Part shown: in pieces, positions 24,150 through 37,620 of the stretch
How positions within the stretch are numbered: position 1 is the stretch's first letter
Layout of the letters: every line of letters starts with the position of its first letter
Assembly (NCBI GenBank): GCA_021613535.1
Contig: CP075494.1
Span: forward strand, 4,650,001 to 4,714,000
Reading direction: 5' to 3'
DNA length: 64,000 nt
Origin: Adineta vaga
Lineage: Eukaryota; Animalia; Rotifera
Program-made: the position numbers and the translations under genes
Notes under the pieces: model-generated
What the model saw: only the letters and a program-made list of their open reading frames with translations
Databases searched by the model: none
Told to the model about the DNA's origin: nothing

Positions 24150-25480
24150 CACTGCTAATTCTCTTGCAGGTAAGTAGACCTCTTTTTTTGCTGGTGTGCC
24201 TCTTAGTATCTTACAAATGATTTCTAGGTGCATATGAATATTTGACAAAAAAGTATGATGGTCACGATACTGATGTGAGACGTTTATTTATTTATTACAA
24301 TGCTCGATTAAAAGATAATCCGTCAGGAGTTATAAAAGATGCTGGTTGTTCAATAACAGGCGCAATCGAAGCACTTAAAGAATTTGGAACTTGCCTTGAA
24401 TCAAAGTGGCCTTAAGAAATTCAAAAAGTCAATTCGAAACCAACTGATTACGTTTATGAAAAAGCTAGTTTACACACAATCATCGACGCATTACAGCTCG
24501 AAACTGATCTGTATCAAATGAAATCTTGTCTAGCGCAAGGTCTTCTATTTGCTTTCGACTTGACAATCTTCGAGTCTTTCGAAAAAGCTAGAGAAATGGG
24601 TGTTGTACCTATGCTCAATGTTGAAGAACAAACAAAGAATAAACCTGGCAGGTCATTATCGCTTTTCATTCACAATGACACTATTAAAAATTTCTTGATT
24701 TTCTTCTTATAGACATGCTATGTTAGCTGTTGGTTATAGTGATAAATCACAGTCATTCCTTGTTCGAAATTCATGGAGAAGAAATTGGGTAAAAATTTTG
24801 ATGTACATTTCTGTTTTCTAATCATTGTATGTCTTCAGGGTGACGAAGGTTATTGATATATTCCATACGATTGATTACATGACCAACTCATCATTTTGCA
24901 GAGATGTATGGGTTATTCGAAAGTTGGCTCAAGACAATTTTAACCATGAATATTGGGATAATGACGATTTAACTGATTATCGACAGTTTGACAATAACAA
25001 CGATCTTCCACATAATGACGATAAGAATTATGAAATCAAGCGTGTCGAGGAAATCGATACGATGAATGAAAGTAAGAGCAGTAATAGTGTTATCGACGAT
25101 AAATTCGAGTGTGTAAAAGAGAAACTACCGTTTAAAACGAGATTTCTAATGGTAGCCTTTGCTAATCTAACTGAAATTCAATTTCAGTTTCTTTTTTTTT
25201 ATCTTTAATATTTTAGTACCTAATTCTCAAGTCATTAACGAGACAATCTAACGAAATGGATCAACATTCGATTGGACAGGTTAACAAACCAAGTTAGAAA
25301 TGATTTCTAATCTCATTCATCGTTTATATGATGTATTTTTTTGTAGGTTTGGTAAACAGTCTTCATCAATCATCTAAAGGACAATTAGAAAATAATAATG
25401 CATCAAACAATAATCATACTGGAAAGAAAAAGAAAGCGAAAAAAGGTTTTTGCGGTTTAAGATTGTCATGCTTTCGATAA
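24150..25480 (+). pseudogene. Papain-like C1A cysteine peptidase (bacterial/xylellain-type) pseudogene
   Basis: TANSLAG|AYEYL...RLFIYYNAR...DAGCSI..., HAMLAVGY, VRNSW, GDEGY. In-frame stops TAA 24413-15 and TGA 24854-56. GATT duplication frameshift at 24869-24876. Exon bearing the Gln/Cys active site not found. Confidence 0.8.
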
Positions 25481-25701
25481 ATTGTTATTTTATATTATTT
25501 CAAACTATTAATCGATTATCATACCGATTCCTATCATTGTATAATCGAGAAAAAACTTATTCATTTTTTTTCTTTGTCCCTTTGACTAAATATAAGAATG
25601 TCGTTTCTCATGATGAACTAATCAATAAAAATGAAGAAGATAAGGACGCTCTTAACTTCACAAAAGAGAAAACTATCACATCATCATTGTATATCAGTAT
25701 C

Positions 25702-26777
25702 ATGTTGGCTGCAGTTATTCTTATCTTGTTGTGTGCAAGCACTGTTTCATCCACTTCATATTTTGCTATAACAGCATTTAATATGTATAGCAATTCTGTT
25801 GATATAATATCTAGGTAATAATATTGAATTTTTTTCCTTTTAGTGATCGATTGCATGGAAGTATTTACACTTATGAATCGATTTCAACACAATTTCAATT
25901 CTACATGAATTTTTCCTTTCATATCGACGATAATGATACTTATTTGTATTATTTCGAACCAGGTCCTATTGCTACTGTTGGTAAGAATACATCGTTGATG
26001 TATATGCCTATTCAATGTGGAACAGCGTTTGAACGTTTGTTTCTACTTTCATTTGATATAAATGCAAAAACTTACAAACAAAGTGAATGGATTTCACATA
26101 ATGGTTTTTTCCATTATCTTTTCTATGATCCTCTTCGTCAAAAATTATTTGGTTTACATTCAGTTAGTACATTTACATTGATTATCGAAGAATATAACAT
26201 AACCACATTAGATGTCGTCAAACAATATACTAAACAGGACGGTGAAAAATATACATTTCCATATGCATTATGTTCGATTTTTGACTATGAAGAAAATTGG
26301 ATTGTAGAAGTACGAACACGCTTTGAAAATCCATCCGTGAATGCGTATTTTATTAAAATGGATTTAAATCTTGTTGGTAAAAAGGAAGATATTGTTGTTG
26401 ATTTTCATCTAATGCCCAACGTCTTCAATCTCTGCACAATGGCTTATGATATAAAAACGAAAGTAATCTTTGCAACGTGGCAACATGGATCCATTGATCA
26501 AGATCTTATCATGCTCTATATGAATCCTTATACTGGTGAATTTCGAAATGAAACACTTCTTTTGGCAACACCTGCAGGGTGGGATATCCAAGATATTCAA
26601 GCTATTTATGATGAACAAACACGTCAAATTCTCTTCCTAATTAATCATGAGAATGATTCAACATTTAGCGATACATATTGGGTTCTTCTAGTTGAATTTG
26701 ATACGATGAAAATCATTGAAAAGAAAAAAGTGGATCATATACATGACTTTAGTATGTGGGAATTGTTTCTTTTATAG
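25702..26777 (+). CDS. Uncharacterised secreted protein, possibly beta-propeller; 2 exons
   Basis: Signal peptide MLAAVILILLCASTVSS. Intron ~25815-25843. Recurrent (F/Y)D-xxxx-hydrophobic strand motifs (FYDPLRQKLFG, FDYEENWIVE, AYDIKTKVIFA, IYDEQTRQILF). Confidence 0.7.
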
Positions 26778-26975
26778 ATCATTGTATTAATAAAATGACA
26801 AGAATAAGTCGTAACGAGCGGCAGCAAAGTACGTTACGAATACACACTATCGGTTATGACGATAAGAGTATGACACAAAGAGAGAAAAGGTTGTTTCACC
26901 TTGACTATATATTCTCTATACAGAAAGCAGAACGACATACATTTGTATTGTACGACGAACGGTAAGAATAAAACT

Positions 26976-28191
26976 ATGACGAAAAACAAACTTGATCGTG
27001 TAACAATCATTGGAGCAGGTCCAGGCGGTTTAACATTAGCACGTATTCTTCAGTTGAAAGGTGTAGAAGTGAAAATCTATGAACGAGAAACATCTGTTGA
27101 TGTTCGATCTCAAGGTGGAACGTTAGATTTACATGTTGAATCGGGACAATATGCACTTCAACAAGCAGAATTATTTGATAAGTTTCAAGCATTATGTCGT
27201 CCCGAAGGAGAAGATACACGTATTATGGATAAAACTGGTAAAATTCATTACGATGAAGTAGATGCTGGACAAGATTTAAATCGTCCAGAAATTGATCGAC
27301 TTGATCTACGTCAAATACTGCTCGATTCATTGAAACCAAATACTATTGTACAAGGACACGTTTTACATAACATTGAATCTTTAGGTAATGGACAACACAA
27401 GCTAATATTTAATAATGATGTTATAGATACAGTTGGATTAGTTGTTGGAGCAGATGGTGCTTGGTAAGTTTTATTGACAGGTTTTGTCCTAAAATTCATC
27501 GATAATTGATTTATCTAGGTCACATGTTCGTCCCCTTGTATCAGATACAAAACCTCAATATAGTGGTGTCTCAATGGTAGAAGTACAATTTACTGATGTA
27601 GATGAACGACATCCTGAAATTTCGAAATTAGTTGGTCGTGGTATATTATTCGCTCTATCAGATAATAAAGCTCTTATTGCTCAACGTAATGGGTACAATC
27701 GAATTCGTGTGTATATTACAATGCGTGTACCAGAAAATTGGATTACTGATTCAAATATTCCTTTTGACCAACCAGAACAAGTTCGTACTCATATGCTTGA
27801 ATTATTTTCCGATTGGGATGATAGTCTTTTGAATTTAATCCGTTTTTGTGATGGTAATTTTATTCCACGTTCACTCTATGTATTACCGATTAATCATCGA
27901 TGGGAAACAAAACCAGGTGTGACACTTTTGGGTGATGCTGCTCATCTTATGTCTCCATTTGCTGGTGCAGGTGTGAATTTAGCGATGCTCGATGCAGCAG
28001 AATTAGCACTTGCAATTAGCAATTCAGATAATTTAGAACAATCTATTAAAGATTACGAAGAAAAAATGTGTGCACGAGCCGCAAAAGCTGCTAAAAAATC
28101 AGACGCTAACCTTGATCTATTTATTGCGCCTGGCAATACAGGACAAATTGCAGCAGACTTTTTTAAACGAATGATGAACATGATGATGTGA
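26976..28191 (+). CDS. TetX-family FAD-dependent monooxygenase (bacterial type) with one intron
   Basis: IIGAGPGGLTLARILQ, QGGTLDLH..SGQ.AL, RPEIDR..LR.ILLDSL, GADGAW|SHVRP, TLLGDAAHLMSPFAGAGVNLAMLDA. Intron 27464-27518. Confidence 0.9.
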
Positions 28192-28331
28192 TTGTAAAAA
28201 ATTAATTTATAGTTATGTTTTTCTTTTCTATACAATTCCTAAGACAATAGTAAACAAGAAATTAATCATATAACTTTGCGTGTCAAATGTAGAAAAAATT
28301 CTGATTGATATTCATACTCAACAAGAACAAA

Positions 28332-31300
28332 ATGATTATTTATCAAATGAGTATGAAAACGTCGAAACATTTCTTAACTGCTGCTCGTTCAGCACTTATT
28401 CGTAATGTACGTGAATTGAATCTCTTTTCTAATGATCCATTATGGTCTCCAACACTGAATTCTTTCGAACAAATTCTTAGTACTCGTCTATTTCTTTTCT
28501 TCATCACAATTTCTCTTCTCATTGCTATTATTTATGCAAGTCTTATTATTCAAACACATACAGTCATCCTTCAAAATTTCTCACTTTCGAAAATTGAATC
28601 ACTTCAATCTCAGTATCCGACAACCATCAATATTCCATGTACACAAGTTTCAATTCCTTACTACAAATTTATTAAACTTTCACCAATTTTTCATCAAATT
28701 TGTTCAAGTGAATTTATTCATGAACCATGGATCTCTTCTCTTTTCCTTTCGAATGCTACTAATTATAATATCTTTGATTTTCATACATTTACTTTTGCAC
28801 AATTTCAAGCTCTTGCTTTACTTTGTCATACGGCCAAACAGGCCATTTTTGATGGATATCAAATATTTAATTCAACAAATTTAGTAACAAATTATCTTTT
28901 TTCACGTGTAGAATTCAATGAAATTGTCGATGGTCTAGTAATGAATCTTCAAAATAATATCCTTGCCAATGAAAATCGTACAGCAAGAATTATTTCGATG
29001 AGTATTGCACAAAATCGAATTATCTCTGCATTACGTACGAATATCTATATTCAATCAGTTTATCTTTCGAATATTTTTATTACATATAATGGATATTATT
29101 TAAAGAAAAATGGTACAGCATGGTCAGTATGTCAATGTCCATTAGAAAGTGATAGATGTGTTTATCCAGCTGGAGCTTTCTACAATTGGACAATGCCACC
29201 ATTAGCTATACCGGCTAATGTACATCTACCACCACCGTATAGAATTCCTGGTCTACAGACAGGTTGTTTACCTCTTGAATCTATTCGACAATCAACATTG
29301 GAATGTCTCTATGATCAATCATGTGTTGATATTTTAGCAATTCAACCGGCTATTTCTCATCCAAAAGCGTTGCCAAAAGTGTCATCACAGTTTTCTCTAA
29401 ATACAACCATCGGTTTTATGTTTGATAAATCACTTTTTATCGAATCATGGCAAACAAATACAAGTTTTGAAGATTATTACACTGTTTGTGCACCTCGATC
29501 GCTGACCTACAATTATCAAGGTCGATTTCGTCTTCCATCCATCATTACAATTTGTTTAAGTGCTTTCGGTGGTTTTGTTATTATTTGGCATATGTTCACA
29601 CCAGCTATAGTTCATCTATGGACATTAATCAAACGAAAAAAAGAATCAGTATCAAACTCGTCAATACAACCAATCAATAAAGGTTAGTATATAGTACAGC
29701 AATATAAATAAATCTTAAAAAAACAAACTTTATTTCTAGTTATTACTACTCATTTACATCGTACAATTCGTACATTTAATTTATTTCCACCTGATGATGA
29801 AAATGATGAAGAAGGACAACGTGTTGGCATTATATCTACACGTTTCTATATCTTATTTTTATTTCTTGGATTTCTTATACTTGGCTTCTATACTTGTCTA
29901 TCAGAACGTACACAACAATTTACAGTTCAAACACCATCTTTAATTGAATATGAACATTTACAATCTCTTTATTCTTCAACATTAAGTTGTTCATGTACAC
30001 GGTTTTCGATGTCCTATAATCGAATAATGTCCATATTACCTCGCTATCATCAAGTATGTTCAAGTTCATTTCTACAATCTTCTTGGTTAGCATATTTTAA
30101 TATTAAAGAAATTCATATGAATACAACATTTTTTCCCGTCGTTGATTTTCGTTATGGTGGTCCATCATTTTTTTATCTTCTTCGTATTTTATGTCAAACA
30201 GTAGAAGAAACAGTTAACAATGCAATTCATCTATTTCGTTCACGCCGATTAATTACACTCAATACTTTATCACGCATACAGTTTAATAATGAAATTCAAA
30301 CACGTTTGAATCAATTTGAACAACAAACGATTTCTTCCTTTATAAATCGTCTAGAATTAATTCGTTCATCCATTCAAACAAATCGATTAGTAACTGATTT
30401 ATTAACTACAACTGGTTTTTCATATTTACTGAATAAGCAAACATCAAGATATTCACCAAGATTTTACTCACGAAATATTGGTTCATGTTCATGTGCAATT
30501 TCTTCAGAATGTACTCGTCCACAAGGATTTTATTTTCAATCGGATAGTACAAATTCAAAACCGAAAACAATTATTCCCGGCCTTGTTCTCGGTTGTTATA
30601 CTATTGATTCTCTTCTTTTCTCAACACTCGAATGTTTCTTTGAACGTAAATGTTTAGAACTTCTCATTGATATGCGCGATCTTGATGCTATCGGCTTATT
30701 TCATCCTTTGGACAAACGTGTAACGAAAGTTCAACCACTCCGACGAGAAAAGAGTCGTTTTTCTCCGAATACTACTTTACAATTCATTGTTTCACAACTC
30801 TTCATAGAAGATTGGAGAACGTTGAAAAATTTTACTGCTTATTATTATCGATGTGCACCGAAAGAATGTACATATACAGTACTAAGACGATTTGATACAG
30901 CATATATGATCGCAATGATGCTTGGTTTTTATAGTGGACTAAGCGCAATTTTAGAAATTATTCTACCGTTGTGTATTCGATTTCTACGACAACGATGGAG
31001 AAAACGAGAAGTACCGAGATTCGAAACGACTACTCGTCGTTCATTCAAAGAGATTTACAAATCAATTTTTTCTTGGAATCTATTTTCGACGGAAGTATCA
31101 GTAGAGAATAATCAATTACAACAACAAGAAATTCTTGCTACTCGTTTTTATTCAATTCTTTTCTTATTCACTATTCTTGCTGCTCTACTGTATGCAGGTC
31201 CATTTAGTGAAGAAACAAAAACAATCGTAATCAAATCTCCATCAGCGAATATTGTCAATGATCTCTATTCGAAGAACATCTCCACTCTATCTTGTCCTTG

Positions 31301-32196
31301 TTCGACAGCAGCTGTACAGCATTCGAAATTTGTATCGATTATTCCGCATCATCATTCGATCTGTTCCAGTATCTATGCAACACCATCCTATTGGATTGAA
31401 ATTTCGAAAAAGACGGATAAAGTCTCAACATTACTTACTGCTCATTATCGTCTATTAACATCACTTTGTCGAATAGCGAATCGTACGATTGACACGGCGA
31501 AAGATATTTTCAATGCTCAAGAACTAGTGACAATTGAACCAATTACACGATCATCATTTCGATTTCAAACGGAAGCACTCGTATCAACATTCGTATCACA
31601 AATATCTGCCGATTATCGTCGTACTCTTCAATTTATTATTCGTTCATTTGGAGTGAATCAATTAATGAATGTGTTTACAAGTAATTGGAAACTTGAATTT
31701 ACTGATAAAGAACAACAACACGTTCTTGCCACTTACCCACGTCATTTCCCGTCGTCTAATTGCACCTGTGCAACATCATTTGATTGTACAGAATCAATTA
31801 CTGAAAATAGTGTTAGTGGTTGTTTTCCTTTCGATGGATTTCGTTTATCAACATATGAAAATCTTTCTTTGGGTCAATTAAATGATAATCTATTCATAAT
31901 AAAATGGAATAATGAAACAAACTATACAACTTATTTTGAAACATGTCATCCATTAGAGTGTCGATATACATTAGCAGATCGTAACAATCTAATTTATATG
32001 TTTATGACTGTTCTAGGATTGTATGGAGGTAAGTGATGAAATTTCTCTGCACGAAGTGAATTAGTTTTATAAATATTTAGGTTTGATCTGTATGCTTCGA
32101 TTGATGATTCAGCAATCATTATATATTTATCGTTGGTGGTCAAATCATCATCGAAAAAACGAAGTAGAAATATCAACTACAAATACGAGAACATGA
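28332..32196 (+). CDS. Large membrane protein with three tandem TM-Cys-rich ectodomain-TM repeats (copy A); 3 exons
   Basis: Each repeat: NLF...TR(L/F)-TM1...(C)PC..S..Y..F..HQ(I/V)CSS...LC...C.C...C...GC...LFI..W...YY..C.P...Y...TM2 with (G/A)xx(G/S)G. Introns 29683-29739 and 32029-32080. Confidence 0.85.
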
Positions 32197-32270
32197 TGAA
32201 AACCTTTTTAATAATATAAAAACGTTCTATAATAAAAATAAGTTTATAAACAAAATATATATATAATGAA

Positions 32271-32755
32271 TCAATCATCATCAGCAGCAACAAAATCATC
32301 TTGGATGTAGAGGGCTTGTGGTAAACCACTATCCTTTATTGCAGGTTTGGACACGTCTTGTTCAGGTAAAATGGTTTTCATAATTATAGTAGTACTTGCC
32401 AAAGCTGTTGTGCGAACAATTTCACTCACACTTTTATTATTATTCTTATCGGACAAATGTCTAGTTTGAAAAAGAATAAAAGTGAAAATATTTCTACTGT
32501 CGAGAGATAATTATATTCATACCTATCAAATGAATTTAAATTTGTGTAACTTTGTAGACCGCTTATAATTACTAGAACAATGATTAGAATAAATAATAGA
32601 GCAACAATACCAAGTAAAATGATGATAAAAGTATCACTGAGAAGAAATGAGTTTTTTGCCGGACGTTGATTATTTGTCGATTCGTTTATTAATGTCAAAC
32701 GCGTATCATCGGATACACCAGCAATAGTTTTTTTATTGTGCGATGATTTATTCAT
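32271..32755 (-). CDS. Small single-pass membrane protein; 2 exons
   Basis: Long hydrophobic stretch FIIILLGIVALLFILIIVLVII. A GT-AG intron joins ORF 32426-32755 to ORF 32271-32456 in frame. Confidence 0.55.
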
Positions 32756-33069
32756 TTTGTTTCGAACCTAATCGATCGGTTGACTAAACAACAGAAAAAA
32801 AATCGAAAGTGAAGCGAATGAGAACGATTCAATGATGCCCAAGAGCTTGTTTTGAAAAAAGAAAGAACGAAGAAGAAGAAGAAGAAGAAAAATACAATCA
32901 GCAACAATAATTATATTTCCACGGTCCTATCAGTCTTTTCATTTTACACACAATTATTCAATTGCTTCTTGTAGAACGAAAGAAAATTGTTTTTTTATTT
33001 GGCAGAAAATCGACATTTTTTAAATATTTTATTCATGATTAATTATATAAATTTATGTTCGAATGAATT

Positions 33070-35250
33070 TTAAAGTTGCTTACCAATATCTTTAAGTAAT
33101 GTATCGAGTTTTGTCACATCTGTATACCAAGAAGATCAATCAGACGTTTACGTGCCTTCTGTACAATACCATACCACATTGTTGAAAGAGAAACAAAACG
33201 TGTTTCAAGTAATGCAATAACAATAACTGTAATAAGTACTGTATTGTTGTTTGCCATTTGTTTAAATTCAATTAATAGTTTTCCAGTTAATTGTTCAATG
33301 TCTTCCGTATCTAATTGCCAATAACCATCAAACTTTTGTCTATCAATTAAATAACAAACAATATCTTGATCATTCGTAGGCCACGTCTTTTTTATTTGAA
33401 TTGGAAAAATATTAGTTTTGACTGGAGGAGTCATTTTGTCTTGTAGAGAATCAACAGAACATAATTCGTAATCACATTTACTTGGTATATACATATCCAT
33501 CAGAGACTAGAAAAAATAAGCATGTATACTATGGTACAGAAGTCAGTTTAAAATATAAATGAGATTAAAATACCTTAGGCTGCAGTTCATCAGCAATGTT
33601 ATCTAAAGTAGAAGTAGCGCATAAATCGTCCCACACACATTGTACAGAACTGAAAGATCCTGGCAGAAATACCAAGTCGTCAACAAGGCAATCAAACACT
33701 GATGATGTTGCAGCAGAATAACTTTGAGAATATGTTGATAAATGTTGATTATCTGCAGATATTTGAATAGGTACTTCACGCAAAATCATATCAGTATTAT
33801 TTGCATTCATTCGTTTTTCAACACCGATGAAAGATGTATGAGGACTAAGAATATTATATTTCAATGATAATTCAATAATACGTTTCTTTATTGTTTCCTT
33901 TGCATGTTGCAATTCAAGTATGAGTGCTTTAGCAGCTAATCAGGCAATCGTTTCGTCATTGCTGATATTTGGCATATGCATCATTTTAGCTTCACCAATT
34001 CGATGTTGTGAAGATCTGAATTCAACACGTGAATCATGATCAAATGTAGTTGGGGAATTATCAATCAGAGCATACACGATCAAACGATCATTAAAATAAA
34101 CAGGTGGTGTTTTCATTGGAACAGTTTTGATTGCTGTTGTACCTAAATGCCATTTGACTTGAACATTGGTGATACATGATTGTAATGCTTTCTGTAATTG
34201 TTCACCAACATGAACGTCAACACTAGTATTGGGAGGAATGAAAACAAATCGACCATTCGTTGCTCGAGCTAATCCTTTGACAAGTGAACGACTTGGAGAA
34301 GCACCTAAACCAAATGAAAAGATACGAGTTGAAGTAGCCATCGTTCGACAGAGATCAAGGACTTGATCAACATCGGAAATTTCACCATCCGTAAGAAGAA
34401 ATATTTGACGACTACGTCGTCGAACTGGTAGATTTTGATCAAGCCATTTTAGAGGAGACAACTAAAAAAAAGTACATCAATGATCATTAAGATAAATGTC
34501 AGATAAAGATGTATTTACTAATTCGGTACCACCTAAATCTGCTCTCATACTTTTGATGCATTCACTTCATTATATATAGTAGTAACAGCTGGAAATAAAC
34601 TTCGATGGTTGCTTCCAAAACGAATTATATTGAAATAACAATTCACTGGTAAACTTTTGAGAAAGAGTAACATTGCTTGTCGAGCTAATCCAATTTTGTT
34701 TTCATCTACCATTGAACCACTGCAATCAACAACAAAAATAAATTCATTTCTGTTGTGAAAATGTAATTATACAGAAATCTTCTTTACTCATATCCATTGG
34801 AATCGGATTTGAAGGTGAACCAATACCAGCAACCGCGAATTTCTCTACTTGACAGCAAAAATCAATTCTATATGAAGTAGATTGAACATAGGTTGCATTA
34901 GTACCAGCTGGTAAACTAATACCACCTTTTTCACGATTATAACGAGGTGCAATATTTGTTGGTATAACAAAACGAATCTTTGTATCATTTTCAACCAGAT
35001 TTAATTCAGTAACATAAGAAATAATAATTTGACATTCTTTACCCGAAGGAAGTGCGCCAACATTAATGATAAAATTATCTTGTGACTTTTCATCTTCTTC
35101 TAATAGATAAGTACCATGACCTGCTTGTAAAACTTCGCTATATTCTCTTTGTGCTGTGCTTTTCTCTTTTAATTGCGCAACAATTTCTCGATCATCAATA
35201 CGTGCAATAAAACCATAGATATTGCTACTTGTTTCAGTGGAACATACTGC
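33070..35250 (-). pseudogene. VWA5A: VWA5A (VIT + vWA domain) pseudogene
   Basis: VIT: IYGFIARIDDREIVAQLKEK..FIINVGALPSGKEC.I.ISYVTEL. MIDAS: FVVDCSGSM, IFLLTDGEI, IFSFGLG. Nonsense TGA at 33940-42 (TIA*LAAKAL), frameshifts, internal deletion near 34750, 5' truncated. Confidence 0.85.
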
Positions 35251-35490
35251 TGTGGATTTTTTTTATTGCGAAGCAGGTTTCTATAGACAAAAATATTTTT
35301 ATGTGCACAACTTATTCAAATATGACGCTTATATATGCATTGCTTTGTTTGCATACTTGATATTTTTGCGATTGAATCATTCATCACGAAGGTCATTCTT
35401 ACAATATTATGTAGGCGACATCTTTTTCTCCTTATCATTAGATTATAGTAATCTATCAGGATAGTCTAAAAGAGTATTGTAAAACACTAT

Positions 35491-36459
35491 TCAATTTTGT
35501 TCATGTATTTCTATTGGTCGTTGCACGACGAGTGCAAAGCCTTTTCTCATCAGAGTTTTAAATTCCGATCGAAATGATTGTGATACACTAATGTAGATCC
35601 AAAATGAAAAACAATTATTTAAGTAGAGTGAAAATCCACGAGTCAGAAATGAAGCAAAGGATTCAATCTGCTGATGATCAGTACTTTTGTTTGTTGTTTT
35701 AGTCGCTGTTAAATAAATTTGTATTATTGTTCCAGGTACTGTCGTAAGAATAAAACCCAACAGTTCAAACAATAACATTTTCATCATATCCCGATCTCGT
35801 TTTCGAAGACCACCTATCGCTGTATTCGCATTTTTAATTGGTCGAACACGTGCCCGAGTCTCTTTCAAATTCATAAAAATCAATGAACCAAACGTAATCA
35901 TGCTAATTAATGGAATGACATTGACTGCTAGTATAATATAAATAGTAAACAAAAGATCATGGAGAACATCAAACACGCCACATGTACCATTAACAATTGT
36001 TTGTAACATTGCTGGAAAGATGCTTACTAAAAACCAAAAGGCAAAAATACTTAGAATAGTACGAATAGCTATTTTATATTGACTAAACGAATGTATACGA
36101 CCTTGACGATTACATATGGCATAGCGATCGACACAAGCAAAGATTATAAATGTACGCATTAGTTGATTGAATGCGTGACGTAAATGATATTGTATTTTAC
36201 AAAAAACTAGTGAAGACGAAGTTGGATTGGGATGATCTAATGAATAAATTGTTGGAATAACAGCAATATTTAAACCAAAAAAAGCACAGAATGTCATCGA
36301 TAAAATATAAAGTGAAGTAGGATTTCGACGATGAACAGGACGAGTAAAAATAATCATATTTAATAATAATCCAAGATTACCAAATATTAAATAGGTTGAC
36401 ATTCCATATCGAGTAAGAAATTGTTGAGTAAATTTTAATTGAGATATAAGAGATGACAT
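35491..36459 (-). CDS. Rhodopsin-like GPCR, intronless
   Basis: 7 TM, FCK, ACVDRY, FWIY..VSQSFRSE. Confidence 0.88.
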   Translation of the reverse strand: MSSLISQLKFTQQFLTRYGMSTYLIFGNLGLLLNMIIFTRPVHRRNPTSLYILSMTFCAFFGLNIAVIPTIYSLDHPNPTSSSLVFCKIQYHLRHAFNQLMRTFIIFACVDRYAICNRQGRIHSFSQYKIAIRTILSIFAFWFLVSIFPAMLQTIVNGTCGVFDVLHDLLFTIYIILAVNVIPLISMITFGSLIFMNLKETRARVRPIKNANTAIGGLRKRDRDMMKMLLFELLGFILTTVPGTIIQIYLTATKTTNKSTDHQQIESFASFLTRGFSLYLNNCFSFWIYISVSQSFRSEFKTLMRKGFALVVQRPIEIHEQN

Positions 36460-37620
36460 TGATAGAAAATATTTTAAATATTTTGAATAAAAGAGTTGTT
36501 CATTTATCTGAGTTACTACAGAGTGTGAAATCTGATCTTAAATATGTGCGTTATCTACATTCAAATTAATATGGAATAAATTAGTGGGGAAAAAAGTGTC
36601 ACGTCTTCCAAAAACTATTCTATTCTATTTAATTATGAACGTTAATCTAGCAGAAATAGATTTTAGAACAACGCATATAATGAAGATAATATAGATTCCA
36701 TTATCTGCACATCACGTAAGACTATAATTAATATGAATTAGAAATGTTAGAGATATTTCATATTCTTCTTTTTCCTAATCGAATAAGAAAATAAAATATA
36801 TGAGAAAACTAGTGACACGTTTTTTTATCATGAAGAGGAAATGATTGACGCTCGTTTAGTTGTTCTTTCAATTATTTGATCTTATTAACAGTGTACGCTA
36901 TAGCGAGACATATTGTGCTTCATTCTCTTGAAAACTTTCGATGATCATCAGAAAAACTAATTTTATAGAATAATAGCAATAATGGATCCGTGTTAACAAA
37001 ATATACAGATCGTTGAATATAAAACTGTGCAAATGTTTTTTTAGTACAAGTGGCACATATAATGATGGGACCGTAGTCTATCTTCTCACGAACAGAACAC
37101 TTAAAAAAAAAGTTGTGTTGACGAAGAAAAGAGAGAATTATAACCGCTTGCATAGTTTCATTTGAAACTTCCTTTCTCTTACATCGTCACATAAAATTTT
37201 CATACGGCTTCATTTTTTATTTTACCTTGTTGAGTCATTCAAAAAAAATTCGTTACATGTTCCGTTCTTTCAAGGCAACTCTTCTTTTCATTTTAGCGAC
37301 ATGATTTTTTCTTCCATTGTCATGTAACAGAAATATATATCGTCCACATTGAATACTATATATATATATATATATATAACCGAATAAGGTAAATTTAAAC
37401 TAAAGATCATTTTTTTCTGCTCAGTAGGATAATCCGATGTTCAAAATTGTCATCAGTAAATTTTTGACTTAAATTTTCGTCCCTACTGTTTGATTTCACT
37501 TCTTATATGTTTGAGCTGGTAATAGGTATTATTACCTAAGAAACGTAACTTAATCATCGAAGAAAGTGCCCTGATATTATAATTCTTAGTTTTTCTTCAA
37601 AAATTTATAACTGACATCTA

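Noticed and set aside
26976-28191. Bacterial contamination as the explanation for the TetX-like and beta-lactamase-like genes
   Set aside because: They contain canonical short spliceosomal introns, match the local AT content and are interleaved with metazoan genes.
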